From Podarcis gaigeae (Eukaryota), in NCBI GenBank assembly GCA_964106915.2, contig OZ066916.1: a stretch of 64,000 bases of DNA; one strand, given 5' to 3'. A program made the position numbers and the translations under genes. The notes below the pieces were generated by a model, which was not told the origin of the DNA, did no database searches, and was given only the letters and a program-made list of their open reading frames with translations. Positions 25,545 through 38,339 of this stretch are shown one piece after another; position 1 is the first letter of the stretch, and every line of letters starts with the position of its first letter.

Positions 25545-26230
25545 TCCTCACCCCTGGCCTATTGAGTCCAGCATTGTGTTTCACACAGTGGCCAAACAGG
25601 TGCCTCTGGGAAGCCCACAAGTAGAAGATAAAGGCAATTGCCCTCTCCTGCTGCTGTTCCTCAGCAACTGATACATCAGAAACATACTTCTTCTGGTCCT
25701 GGAGGTCATGTATAGCCATCATGAGTAGTAACCATTGATAGCTGCTTTAATTTGTCTGATCTCCTTCTAAGGATACCCAAGTTGATGACCTTGTCCACAT
25801 TTTGCGGTAGCAAATTCCATAGGTTAAAAATGTGGTGTGTGAAATAGTACTTTTGTATGTCCCAGATCTCTAATCCTTCTGCTTCATTCCGTGACCCTGG
25901 GTTCTAATATTGTGAGATGGTGGGAAGGAGGGAGAGTGAACTTTACTATGATCAACTTTCCTCACAGCATAAATAATTGTGTAAATCTCTGTTGTGTTGC
26001 TGATTACTTGCCCTTTTTCTGAACTAAAAGGTCCCAGAGACCTTAACCCTTTCCTTGTAAGGGGAGTTGCTCCATTCTCATGGAAAGTTACCTGGACTTT
26101 TTCCAGCAGCCTTTTTGTGATGTTGCAATTGAACTGTACAAAGTATTCTAAGTGTAGTTGCTCCACATACTTGTTTAAAGGCATTTTGATATTGGCAGTT
26201 TTATTTTTGATCCCTTTCCTTATGTTCAAT
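25545..26230 (-). mobile_element. CR1 LINE 3' fragment (ORF2 C-terminus plus 3' UTR)
   Basis: IRKGIKNKTANIKMPL..LHLEYFVQF..LEKVQ..LGPFSSEK..SHNIRTQGH matches CR1 ORF2 C-terminal motifs (P.LEY.VQFW, LEKVQ, LGLFSLEK, RTRGH). Confidence 0.87.
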
Positions 26231-27965
26231 TAAAAGGGGAGAAACCCACCCTTGTGATAAAAGCTCTATTAAGAAAGGGGATTGATAGTTCTTTTTAATT
26301 AGTAGTTTGAACTGATTTCCTATGGGTAACTGTTTAAAGACTTTCTTGGTTCATATTAGAAGACATTGTATTCCAGCTTGGTAACCTTTATAGATCTTCT
26401 CCTCTGGGCTCAATGCTATTTAGAAGATGAGTTTTCAGTAATTTTTAGGAGAAAGAGTGCAACGTATTTCAAGCCAGCACAACATGAGTTGTGGAAAAGC
26501 CTGCCCTTATTTAAGCCAGTGAAAATGGGCCGTAAATTTGAATTTAGCAGCCAGATCCCATATTGCCCCAATACAATTTGGGGATTCCCCAGGCTGGGCA
26601 AATTGTCTGTTGACAGATTAAATTGGTTTAATAGCCTATTTGTGCCACTGCAGTATACAGAGGGGTTGTAGTAAAGCCAAAAGTTTGTGTGCTTAATGCT
26701 GACACATGCTCTCCTCAAGCTATCTGGAGACCTAGAGGTTTTGAGGCTTTTCATCAAGGTGCAATATAACTAACGCAGGCACCAGCAAATAGTGTGTTCT
26801 CATGTGTAAAGGAGAAACCCTTCTGGATACATTTAATATCCTAGTTTAGCCCTCTGTAGAGCCCACTAGATCCATATAGATAGAATCACAGAATTGTAGA
26901 ATTGGAAGGGACTTCGAGGGCTACCTAGTCCCTTAAATACAAAAATCTCAACACACAGTACTCCATCCACTTTTAAATCATTCTAGACCCTGCAGATGTA
27001 TGAGTATCTAAGGATCAAATGACACTTTGCACTGGATGTGCAACCTGAAGTTTCGGTTGCTGAAGCTAAGATGAGTATTTTGAATATTTTATCAGTAAAG
27101 AGAAGATGAATAATTTGCCTACTGTCTTAAAAAAAAGCTGAACAATTTGCTTGATCTCTTGAAAATTAATGAATGAATGCAACACAAGTAGCTACTTCTT
27201 AAAATTCAGGGATGGCTTTTGCATCACTGTGATTCATTACCCTCCTCTTGATGTCACTCAATAAAAAGAAGTATTATGATAACCTCTTTCCATGACCTTA
27301 ACTAAAGTGCTGTCAACTGAAAATTCACCTGTGTGCCCCCATTTACAATATGCATGAAAGGACAGGCATCGAAATGTATTTTCTGCAGTTCTCCATATCT
27401 GACTGCTTGTGCAGCATGGTGCAAAATTGCAAATTAGGCAAACATGGTAGATTGATGCTGGAGACATTTAAGGTGTTGGTGGGGAATGAAATCTTCTCAT
27501 TTATACATGAGATGGCAAGATAAATTAATAAAGGAAATTGACAATCATTTATACATGCCAGCATCAGCAGGCCTCTCAGCAAAACTGCCAGCCCTAGGTC
27601 ATAGCTCACCTGCCACTAAGACAACCCGCAGTAAGGGCTAAAAGTTATTCATTTGCAGACATTGTTTGGGCGCTTTGATTACAGTGGAGGCAGAAGTGCT
27701 TCTTTCTCCCCCCGCCCTTTAAAACTGGCAGAAGCTATAAATCAGCCCCTTTAAGAAGACTCAGCTAACTCAACCTAGATCGATTTCACAGGGAAGTTGA
27801 TGAGCTGTTAATAGAATTACAACTACCTGTCATAACTTGGAAAACATATCTGTGGCAGTGACAAAGGGCAAATCAATTCAAAAACAGGTTTTCTTTCATT
27901 TATTTATTTTACTCCACACGAGACACACAGACGCAGAAAATACAGGTGTCTTCCTTTTTGAATTA

Positions 27966-28194
27966 CAGTGGTACCCCGGGCTGCAGAGACTTCAGGTTAC
28001 AGACTCCGCTAACCCACAAATAGTACCTCAGGTTAAGAACTTTGCTTCAGGATAAGAACAGATATCGTGCTCCGGCGGCGCAGCAGCAGCAGCAGGAGGC
28101 CCCATTAGCTAAAGTGGTACCTCAGGTTAAAAACAGTTTCAGGTTAAGAACGGACCTCCAGAACAAATTAAGTTCTCAACCTGAGGTACCACTG
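27966..28194 (-). mobile_element. Tc1/mariner (Tigger-like) MITE, complete
   Basis: TA-CAGTGGTACC...GGTACCACTG-TA. Same family as the 8804 and 60892 copies, opposite orientation. Confidence 0.9.
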
Positions 28195-29037
28195 TATAAT
28201 GGTGAGTTTAACATAGAATATAACCTGAATTTTCCCAGATTGTTCAGTTGAGGTCAGTGGTTCAATATCCTAGGAGGAGGGTTTCCTAGAATGTTGTTTT
28301 CAGGAGCTTGTCAATACAGCTGTAAAAAATAGGGTTAAACTGAAAATTTAATAGACAAGATCATAGCATATTTTATTTATTGCTGTTTCCCATAGTTTTC
28401 CCACATAGCTTTAGCCTTTCACCTGCATCCTTCAGTTTACAGTATTCAGACTTGGAATGCTTTGTACTATTATATTTGAACATGAGTTACATCTTAATAT
28501 AACCAAATTATAATGCTTAGTCATGTGCCTAGAATGGGATTAGAGCCATCTTGCTGGTTTAATAATGAGATGGACTTTAAAAAACATAGGTACCAATATA
28601 TTTTTAGCAGATGGATTGGAATGGCTATATGGAATCTTTCAGTTCAGTTGAGTAGTTATATTTCCCAAGACACAGCACTGGTTAAGTTTTATTTTTGAAA
28701 CAGGAAATTATAGCAAAACTGAAAATACATACATATTGCAGCCTTTTTTAAAAAAACAAAACAAAGCAACCTTTTAATACATTGTGTCATTGTCTATTAT
28801 ATAAGCAAAGTTAAATATACAAAATTTATGAAGAAAGTTCATGCAGTTGAGAGTAGGGTTGTACATTATCCCATGCTGAACTTACTTTCCTCTTCCCAGG
28901 TATGGACATGAAGAAGCATTTATCACCTGCTCATAAAGGTGTGCTGAGGAAGGTATTCCTTCTGACCTATCTCTGTTTACATGGGAGCAGTTCCCATTGA
29001 AGAATGCATGATTTACTTCCGAGTATAGATTTACTTC

Positions 29038-29390
29038 CGGGTGGCGCTGTGGGTAAAACCTCAGTGCCTAGGACTTGCCGATCGCATGGTCGGCAGTTAG
29101 TATCCCCGCGGCGGGGTGCGCTCCCGTCGTTCGGTCCCAGCACCTGCCAACCTAGCAGTTCGAAAGCACCCCCGGGTGCAAGTAGATAAATAAGGACCGC
29201 TTACCAGCAGGAAGGTAAACGGCGTTCCATGTGCTGTGCTGGCTCGCCAGATGCAGCCTGTCATGCTGGCCATGTGACCCGGAAGTGTCTGCGGACAGCG
29301 CTGGCTCCTGGCCTATAGAGTGAGATGAGCACACAACCCTAGAGTCTGTCAAGACTGGCCCGTACAGGCAGGGGTACCTTTACCTTTACC
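29038..29390 (+). mobile_element. Near full-length Sauria SINE (same subfamily as 25112)
   Basis: Shares diagnostic GGACAGCGCTGG and CTGTCAAGACTGGCCC..CAGGGGTACC segments, ACCTTT tail. TSD TATAGAT at 29024-29030 and 29391-29397. Confidence 0.94.
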
Positions 29391-30310
29391 TATAGATAAA
29401 TAGGATTGTTTTGTATGTGAACTAAGTCAGTTGAGGATTCTTGAGTCTGGGGGCTGTTGCCTTAGTATACAGGAAGCTGCTGAACCAAATGGAAGCATCT
29501 TTAGCTGTTAATATCCTTAACAATCTATCATTCCATTTCCTCTCCTCCAATGGATATGATTGGCTAAGAAAGACCAGTACTGTAATTTTTCCCCCAAAAG
29601 ACAACAGGGCAGTTTTAGTCTTTATCAAGGGCTAAATTTAGTAATGTTGGAGCTAGAGCTGTAGCAACTGACCTTCATTTGAAAACAAGATAAAGCTGTG
29701 CTGTGTCATATCCTGTCACTGGCATTTTAAGGCTTGATCCCAAAGGTGGCTGCCGCCATCCTACGTGGTGATGTGCTTGTTTGATCTGAAATCAGAATTG
29801 AGCTTAAGGCTTGTTGCATCAGGGACTACCCTTTACTGCTTCACAAGTCTGAAAAGCTTGCTGTGCATTTCTAACGCTAAAAGTAATTTAAAGTAAGTAA
29901 TAAGATTCAAGTAATCCCTTCCTTCAGAAAGGCCACTTCTGATGTTAGTTTGCAAATCTTTTAATTTGATGCCTGACAAAGTCACCTACACAGCAGAATG
30001 TTTCCTTTTTCTGTGTTGACAATAGATTAAGCTATATATTCCGCCTACAAATGGGCTTCCTATGTGTTTTCCCAATGCTGCCATCTGTTATGATTCTCTA
30101 GATATTACCGCAGCCACTCTGAATCATTTCCAAATAACTGCAGTGAAGAGTGTAAAGAATATGAATAATAAAATGTATTTAAATGAGATATTTAAGTTAA
30201 CTGAGTGCATCATAAAAATGATAAATGCAAATTAAAGGCACACCATGAATCCCTCCCAAACAGATCTTGACACTATTACCTACTGCTCTAAAGGCAGAGA
30301 AGTTTCTTAG

Positions 30311-30447
30311 GGTAGGGATGGGGAAATCTGTGGCCCTCCAGAGGTTGTTGGTCTCCAAGTAACCACCAGCCCCAGCCAGCATGGCCAATTGTCAGGGATA
30401 ATGGAAATTGGAGTCCAACAACATTTGGAGGGTCACAAATTCCTCAC
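30311..30447. mobile_element. Short non-autonomous DNA element (abundant squamate MITE with GACTACAACTCCCATC-like core)
   Basis: Quasi-palindromic GGGAAATCTGTGGCCCTCCAGAGGTTGTTGG...CCAACAACATTTGGAGGGTCACA. Related copies near 13060-13170, 16240-16345, 33430-33720 (two in tandem), 35060-35200, 47480-47575, 50810-50930 and 52515-52650. Confidence 0.7.
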
Positions 30448-30660
30448 CATTTGCTTTCAAAGACCATTTCTGAATGGTCTTTGAGAGCAAGCCCTCCCAA
30501 CTTTTAACCTTTGCTTGGTACCCCTCAGGCAAACTCCTTTTTCAGTGACTAGGATATGAAGCACCATGAGTGGAAGACTGAAATACTGTATATTGGTGCA
30601 CTTCTCTGAACACTTGCACAAGCACTAGTAAGAACAGTGCACAAGCACTAGTAAGAACAG

Positions 30661-30896
30661 CTTGGGTTGCAAATGTGATCCATGAGGGATGCATGTTCGC
30701 AACCTGAAGCGGCGCGTCTGTGCACGCGCGGGTTGCGATTTGGCGCTTCTGCACATGCGCAAAGCACAATTTAGCGTTTCTGTGCATGCGCAAGCCCCAA
30801 AACCCGGAAGTAACCTGTTCCAGTACTTCCGGGTTTCGGCGGGTCCATAACCTGAAAAAACGCAACCTGAAGCGTCTGTAACCCGAGGTATAACCG
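30661..30896 (+). mobile_element. Tigger-like MITE of a related family, left TIR lost
   Basis: 3' end GAAGCGTCTGTAACCCGAGGTATAACCG-TA resembles the 8804/60892 family end. CpG-rich interior with the palindrome CCCGGAAGTA..TACTTCCGGG. Confidence 0.75.
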
Positions 30897-30999
30897 TAGA
30901 AGGCTCCTTGTAGTGAAGTGCCACAATATATCAGGGGTTGCATCACAGTACAAGAAACATGGTGAGTAAGACAGATTTTGACTATGGCCTACCCACTTT

Positions 31000-31104
31000 G
31001 TTGTTGTTGTTTAGTCATTTAGTCGTGTCTGACTCTTTGTGACCCCATGAACCAGAGCACTCCAGGCACTCCTGTCTTCCACTGCCTCCCGCAGTTTGGT
31101 CAAA
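31000..31104 (-). mobile_element. RTE/BovB LINE, 5'-truncated 3' end
   Basis: Encodes SLTKLREAVEDRSAWSALVHGVTKSQTRLND (BovB ORF C-terminus), has a (CAA)n tail and an 11-bp TSD CTACCCACTTT at 30989-30999 and 31105-31115. Confidence 0.93.
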
Positions 31105-31179
31105 CTACCCACTTTAGTGGGTGGTAAAAAGTTATTGAATAACCCCCTGCACATTTTAGAAGTTATTGTACATGTATTC

Positions 31180-31245
31180 CCGTGAGGATAGAGCATCTGC
31201 TTTGCATACAAAAGCTCTCAGGTTCAATCCCTAGCATCTCTATGT
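31180..31245 (+). mobile_element. tRNA-derived SINE head (Squam3-like) remnant
   Basis: GATAGAGCATCTGCTTTGCATACAAAAG..CAGGTTCAATCCCTAGCATCTC. Confidence 0.6.
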
Positions 31246-34200
31246 AAAGCTGGCAACACTCTTCTGCTAGATTGGAAACAATAGTATCATGAGTGGAAGA
31301 GGCTTTCTGTGACTCAGAGGGCACCTTTGCATTAAAGATAATGACAACATCCTTTTCACAGGTAACATCTGGGGTGGGGGATACATTTTCAGGGCAGGAG
31401 ACAAAGCTAGCTATGTTTAAGAATGCAGTCTGACTCAATACTCACTAAGTGGTAGGTGTTGGTGATTAAAGAGGGTGGGGGAAAGGATAGTTTTGCTTGG
31501 GCTTCTTGTTGATCTGGAATACCAGAGGGTCAAACTTGACAGCCTCTGAACCACGTCTTCGAATGCTGACCAACACTTTAAGGCAGTGGAGTCAATCCCC
31601 ATTGCAGAAGTGGTTTGCCTGAACCCTGCCTCTGGTTGCTGTTTTCATCTTGCAACCTCTTCCCTCAAGTCATTTTTCTTCCACTCAGGCTCTGACACAC
31701 ATCTCAAAGTGTAGGGAAAGGCTATCCTTCCTGATTGCAGTTGAACACAGACTGAGGCATCAAATCCTAAAACATCCTAAACATGTCAATGTTTTCCTGT
31801 TATCTGTGAGCTGAACTAGTGCAAACTTGATATGATGTCTATTGCATGAATACAATTCATGTGCATTAAAAAAAGAAAATGTAGGAAATAGCAACTACAG
31901 GGAGACCAGAACAGCCTTGGGATAATGGGTACTGGAGAGTGTTCCTGTCTTTCTTAAGCTGCTATTTGCAAGCTCCAATTGGCCCCAACAGAGGCTTCTG
32001 TTGAAATACCAACAGCAGCTTCAGAGAGGTGATGTTTATTTCTCTTCTGATACTGTGTTACATAGGACCAGATGTTAAAGTCGTTAGCAACCGACCCCAG
32101 CCAGCTACATGATTCTTAATCTACCTGACACAGGAATTAAATGAAGGTTTCCAGGAAAATTATAACAACATTTATCTACAAAGTAATTTACAAAATAAAA
32201 TTTGAAAGTATCATTTGGTGGGGGGAGGAAAATTAAAGCAGAATAAAACTAAATGTAGCAGAACTAAAATGTGCCTTTTTAATTTAGTTTTTTTATGCTG
32301 CTTGCTGCAAAAAAATAACATTTAATTTTCTGAGAAGAAATATTCTTTACTTAAAATGAAATGAAACTCGGCTCTGCAAAAACAGTTTAATTAACTTAGG
32401 GCTGCATTATGCAACAAGAAGCATTTTCACAGAAAGACAGCAGATTTATCATCTGTAAACCTTTTGCCTCTAATTTATTTGTTACCTCATAGAGTTATAA
32501 ACTACATTAACACTCATGCGTAGGGCTCAGCAATCTTTCAGAGCTCTTGAGCAGATGCACGACAAGAGATCCTTTTCATTATTATTATTATTATTATTAT
32601 TTATTTCAACTCAAAGAATAATGACTCTGCAATATCATGTGGTGAATGAGCAATAATTTGATAAACACTGTCGTTCAATTAGATTAGAGCAATTAATCTG
32701 ATTCCAATTTAGCTGAAACATTACCATACAGGAATCCCTAGAGCCCTGTGAATAATCTCTAAACACATTGACACACTCAGCAGACAGACATTATCTCCAC
32801 TCTTACTGTTCTTCCATATGGTCTCCTCCCATGGTGATGGAGGGCACCCTGCTGTTTCAATCAAATAAATGTCAATTATCTGAGATGGATTTTTAGTTCA
32901 CAAGCTGAGGCTTGCTATTCAGCCAGCACATTTCCTGTTTGTGATCCTTTTCTGAAATGATCTCTCTTTCTCTTTCTTGGAATTGTCTCCAAACTCTGCT
33001 GCATCATAGAAAGTTGCCTGGGTTAAAATTGCAGGTGCAGGAATCAATTTCTGGCTGAGCACGAAAGAGAAGTAGAATGCAGTGGGAGCAGGGAAATGGT
33101 GGCAGACTTCTATATGGATACGCCTCTTCTGGCCTCTTTATATAGGTATTATAGAAGACATGCAACAGGCTATGGACTTGCCAGTTGCATTGGCATGACA
33201 GCCCACCAGGGGCTTGATAAAACTTGCTTCTATTGTGTGCCTTGGATTGTACAGACAGGGAGGTTAACAAGTGCCTGGGAAGCCAAAATTTGTGACCGCT
33301 GGGCTATAAATTATGCAGCGTGGTGAATGGAATTTTACAAGCATGGCTTCCTCAGTTTACTTAGCAGAGGGGGCATCTTAAATGTGCTTGAAATACATTT
33401 GTGTAAACATGTATTTGTACATTTCAGAGCCAGGGAACCTGGGGCCCTCCCAGTATTGATTGACTACAAGAGGTGTGTGGAACTTCTGGTATTCCAGATG
33501 CTACTTACTATGACTCTTATCACCTCTGGTCATTAGCCGTGCTTGCTGGGGCTCATGGGAGTTGTAGTTTAGCAACATCTCGAGTTCAAAAGGTTCTCCA
33601 CACCTCGATTCCCAATAACTTCCACCACCGCTGACCACTGGCCATGTTAGCAGGCCATATTAGCAGAGGCCGATAGGAATGGAGTCCAACAACATCTGGA
33701 GGTCAACAGGTTATTGATCCTTGGTGTATATGAGCTCTGAGAATTGCTATCCAATACTATACTTTACTTCCTCATTTTTTCTGTCTGCTAGCAGGCTATA
33801 TTCATGCAGTGGCACACCAAGGAAGTAATAAGGAATCAGATACTGAATCTGTATTATATTGGTGTGCTATAAATCATGTGTCTGGATCTTAAGAAAGGTA
33901 TTCCCATGGTGTGGTTTTGCACATTATCAGCTGTGACAATAATTATTGGTTTTTTATTTTTATTAAATAAACCATTGCTTTGAAATATATTTTACTGTTG
34001 TGCTGTGTTTTATTTAGTATTGTTGTAAAACTGCCCTGTGATTCAGACTGGGGGAAGGATGGGATATAAAACATTTAATAAATAAATCTGGATTATTTTT
34101 TACTGTGGGCCAGATCCGGTGCTCCTGTGTTGCCTTCTCTCCATTCTGATATGGTTGGTGCTCCTTGTGTGCAAGGCAGCTTTCCTGACTCAGCTTGCAC

Positions 34201-37200
34201 TCCCCAAAGCTATTATTGATGGTTGATGGATATGCTGGAACAGTGTGGAATGGGAGGCTGTAGCAGGATGGGATAATAGGATTGGTAAGACTCCCTTGCA
34301 CAAGCAGAGTTCATACACACATCTTTGGATCCATAATATTCACTACAGTTCATTTAAGGAAGTGTGGTATTTTATTCTCTTTATTTTCCTGATTTGGAAG
34401 ATTACACACAGAAATTCTATTTGCCACAGCAAGCAAATTTGCATGCAGGAGTTATATGAGCCTTTCAGTGCAAGATGAGCTGCGAGATGAATAATGTGAT
34501 GTATTTATTGTATTGAAGCTAAAAGTTTTAGTTACTTAGATCTACAGATTTCATAAACAAAAAAGTGCCACTTACCTAATGAATTTGGACACACTTCTCA
34601 CTATTAATGGAATCACACAGCCTTTGCTCGAGGACATTGGGAACTACACATTCTTGTTGATGTTACTCAATAAAACAATTAATGCAATCAATTTGGTGTG
34701 ATGTGTGTCTTGTCTTGTAAACCACTGGGTCGTTAACTTTAACAATGTCACTGTGCTCTCACTATCAAATTCAACTAAATTAATGTTCACGGAATAGGTA
34801 TGAAGAATTCATTTTGCAGAGAGAAAATGTTTAATGCACTGATGACATTAAAGAAACAAGTCACCTAACCTTCAATTTGTTTGGAAGGGTTTTGGCAAGA
34901 ACTGCATATCAGTAGAAGGCAAATAAGAAGAGCAGAATGCACACCTAATGGCAGGCAGAAATAGCTCTTGAAGAAAAATGGGTTCTAGCAAAAAAAGACT
35001 CCTCTTCTACACACTCTTGTAAAGTCTGCAGGGAGGGAGAGAGGGTGGGTGTTGCTGTAGGTCAAGGGTGGCTAGCTTTTGTTCCCCAATACATTGTTGG
35101 GCTTCAACTCTCAGCATCCCTGAATCCCATTTGTCATTCTGTTAGGAGTTGATGGGAGTTGGAACCCAGCATCCTCATAGCCACAGGGTAAACAAACCTG
35201 CTGTAGCAATCAGGCTTTGTATTGGCAGGTTTTGTGGCAGTTGCCTGTAGTTTCACAATACCAGAGATTTGGCCATGGGCTCCTGTGAGAATTCTAATGA
35301 GAGACATGAGTGGGACCTACAAAAATTCTATTTCTACCTTGCCTTAGTACAGTTGGGCAGGCAGAAGTGTAGCATACTCAGCCAACAGCTTTTGTGATGG
35401 AGTACTCTGGGCTATGGCCACTTGCTTTTAATGGGGTCTGGAAAGGATTTTTAAAAATCTGTTCCTGATTGCCTGTTGGCACATTTCTGACCTTTGCTTG
35501 GGTCTTCTATCTCCTAGGTGGCCTTTATTTTGGGCTATTTGGATAATTTACTTGCTATGGATATGGGAAAAACACCTGCTTAGATGTGTGCATGTGGGAG
35601 TATTGGAAAGTATAAGAGTAGAGATGGCCCCTGACTGGGAAAGTCATGGTGGTGAAGCTATGAATTCCCTCAAATAGGAAACCTGGAAAACCCCAAACTC
35701 TCTCCATGAGGAAAATGGTTAATTTATCATATGCAATTCCTGGGTGAGCTGAATTGCATTGGAGAAACATCTCATTTGGAGGTTCATACTGCCATGCTTC
35801 TCATCACTTAGCATCTTCACTTCGGTCTTGGAAATTGCTTTCTCCTTGAGTATCTTGCCCTTCTCTTCAGCCATATTCAAGTTTATCTATTGTTTCAATT
35901 AATTTCCCTGCTATGTGCTTGGGTCCACGTTGTTCAGTCTTCATACCTCAAGCTGTTTTAGTCTTTGTGGAAACATTGTGTGCATTGCAGCATTGCTCCA
36001 ACTCCAGCTAGTTCCTCCCTCTCATTCCCTTGTCTCTTCTCCATGTTCGCTGTTTTCTTTTGGATAGTTAGGAACCTTAAAGGAACATGAAGCTGTGCTC
36101 TCTCTTGCATTTCTGCTTTTTGAACACTTTTGCAGTCAAGTTTGCTGACTAAGAATGCAAATACGTGCAAAAGAAAGATTTGATCTAAGCATAAATGCTC
36201 CTCTATCACACTGGCAATACTTTAAGTACGCACTGCTAACATTTTGCTAGCTTTTGTGAAATAATGGCACTGCGTAGTTGATTTCTGTGATACATTTCTT
36301 TGGTTCAGCAACCTTGTGCAGAATTCTCTTTTCACACTGTTATTTCCTTTGTCTCCCCAGTCTGATTAATCATTGGTTCAATGTATTTGTATTGACTGGG
36401 TCGAAGATTTAATAACTCTCCCATGTCAGAGCTATGTACAAGCCCTTCCCAAGGGCATTCACTGTACCATCTCTGCTCGCACTGTTTACCCACCCAGCTA
36501 CATGGTTTAATATTAAAGGGCAGACGTAGCTTCCCTTTCCATCTCCTCCAGTGCACGAGAACTTGAAAAACATAGTAAACATTACAAAGAAACTTCTGGA
36601 TAACTTGGTATACCGTTCAGAATTCTTTCTGACCTTGTTTAATAGATAGCTATGTACTCCAAACTTGCTCAGAAATCAAATTAAGTTTCAGGGGTCTTCT
36701 CTACACAACAAGTTTACCGCAAGTAAGTGCTAAGTTAAAAGTGTTATGTAGAGTCCAAATTGTGAAACAGAAACACCTGGGACTTGATGAATACTAAGGC
36801 TGAAAGAAAAAAAGGGGAGAAACTGCTCCTCCTAATTCTTCTCAAAACACTCCTTTCTGAAGTTTAACAGTGAAACTTTTCTGGATACACACATTTGGTA
36901 GGTACTCTCTCAATATTTAACACTAAGCATTAGCATTTGACACCCAAAGACTTCTTACAATAGGGAGCCAGCCAGACTGACTCTAGAATTTGGAAGTTTC
37001 TTGACATCCATCTCATTGTGAAAAGATCCACACAAAATTGTTCTGCAAAATTGTTAATGGCCCCATGTTTCATCTACACATCAGATGAAACTAACTCCCA
37101 CTCTTCACATTGAAAAAAGGGGCTTCTGGAGGCAATAAGAATGTTGTGCAGTGCATTACAGTGGTGTTGCTTTCAGTGCTGTAAGCTGCAGTGAGGCTTG

Positions 37201-37214
37201 CTGACTTCATTTTT

Positions 37215-37244
37215 GCGGGGGGCGGGGGGCGGGGCGGGGCGGGC
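37215..37244 (+). repeat. G-rich tract GCGGGGGGCGGGGGGCGGGGCGGGGCGGGC
   Basis: Seen directly: five G runs separated by single C. Confidence 0.9.
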
Positions 37245-38339
37245 CTGAGGATATAATAAATGATTCCACTACTACCACCTTCACCACATCTCCTTGTCTA
37301 GGAAGTATTATCAGTTACTTGTTGCAGTCTTAAGTATTCAGCTTCTGACTCTCAGTGGCAGCCTTAATGTTCCATTATTAAAATTTTCTTTTGGAATTGT
37401 TGTAAAGTAATCTTTCTTTCTCGTATTCAAATATTTGCAGACAATTAGCATGCATCACAGAGATAGCTGGCTCTGCATAAGTAATAGCCACAATGTCGAC
37501 TATGTCTTTCATGCACCCTGGTTTTTGTGTAAAAACATTGTAGCACTTAGAAGGCTATATTTATAATAAAACTAGTTATTCAAATGTTGGCTCTGTCTTT
37601 AGTGGAAGTGATGGACTCTTAGCTGAGGAAGTGTCTTGCCCCAGTGCAAAGCATTAAGGTAACAAGTGAGTTTTTCAGTAGGGCAAGGAGCCAGAAACTC
37701 ATTAGACAACAACAATACATGTGCAGGTAGAAATGTGGCAGCAGGAATGTGGGAGCTATTCTGCATATTGTGTCCTGCTGGACAGAAGTTGTATGTGTTC
37801 AGTGCCGTAAGCTCTTGGCACTAAGGACACAAGTTTGTTTCGTTGAGTCAAGATAAACAGAGAGAGTCAGTGAAGTTGCTGGATGGGACATGAGAGTGCT
37901 TTCCCACTCTCAAGTCAGAGTGCTATTACAGAGATTGAGGGTCTTGGGAATGAGCGGACTTTGGTCTTTCAAAATTCAGTGGTGCTCTGTGCAGGGCCAA
38001 AATTCGGTGTACACTCCCACCTCTCACCTTCCATTCTGCTCAATTCACTAAGTCATAGTTGTGGCACCTTGTGGTTCCCCCTAGGCTTGGTGCTCAGTGC
38101 AGTGGAACCTGTTGTCTTGCCCAAATCCACCTCTTTCTTAGGAAACAAGGTCATCAGTCTGAGGAAGATGGAAATGATCCATTAGGAAAAGGGGACCCAG
38201 TGCAGAAGTTCCTTTCTACCCAGGCACCTATTGGGTACAACCCACAACCCTCCAACTCATTCTATTTTATAAGTGGTGGGCTGGGGGGGGATATCATCTC
38301 AGTTTTACAGGCCTAGCTGGTATATCAGTATGTAGCAAG

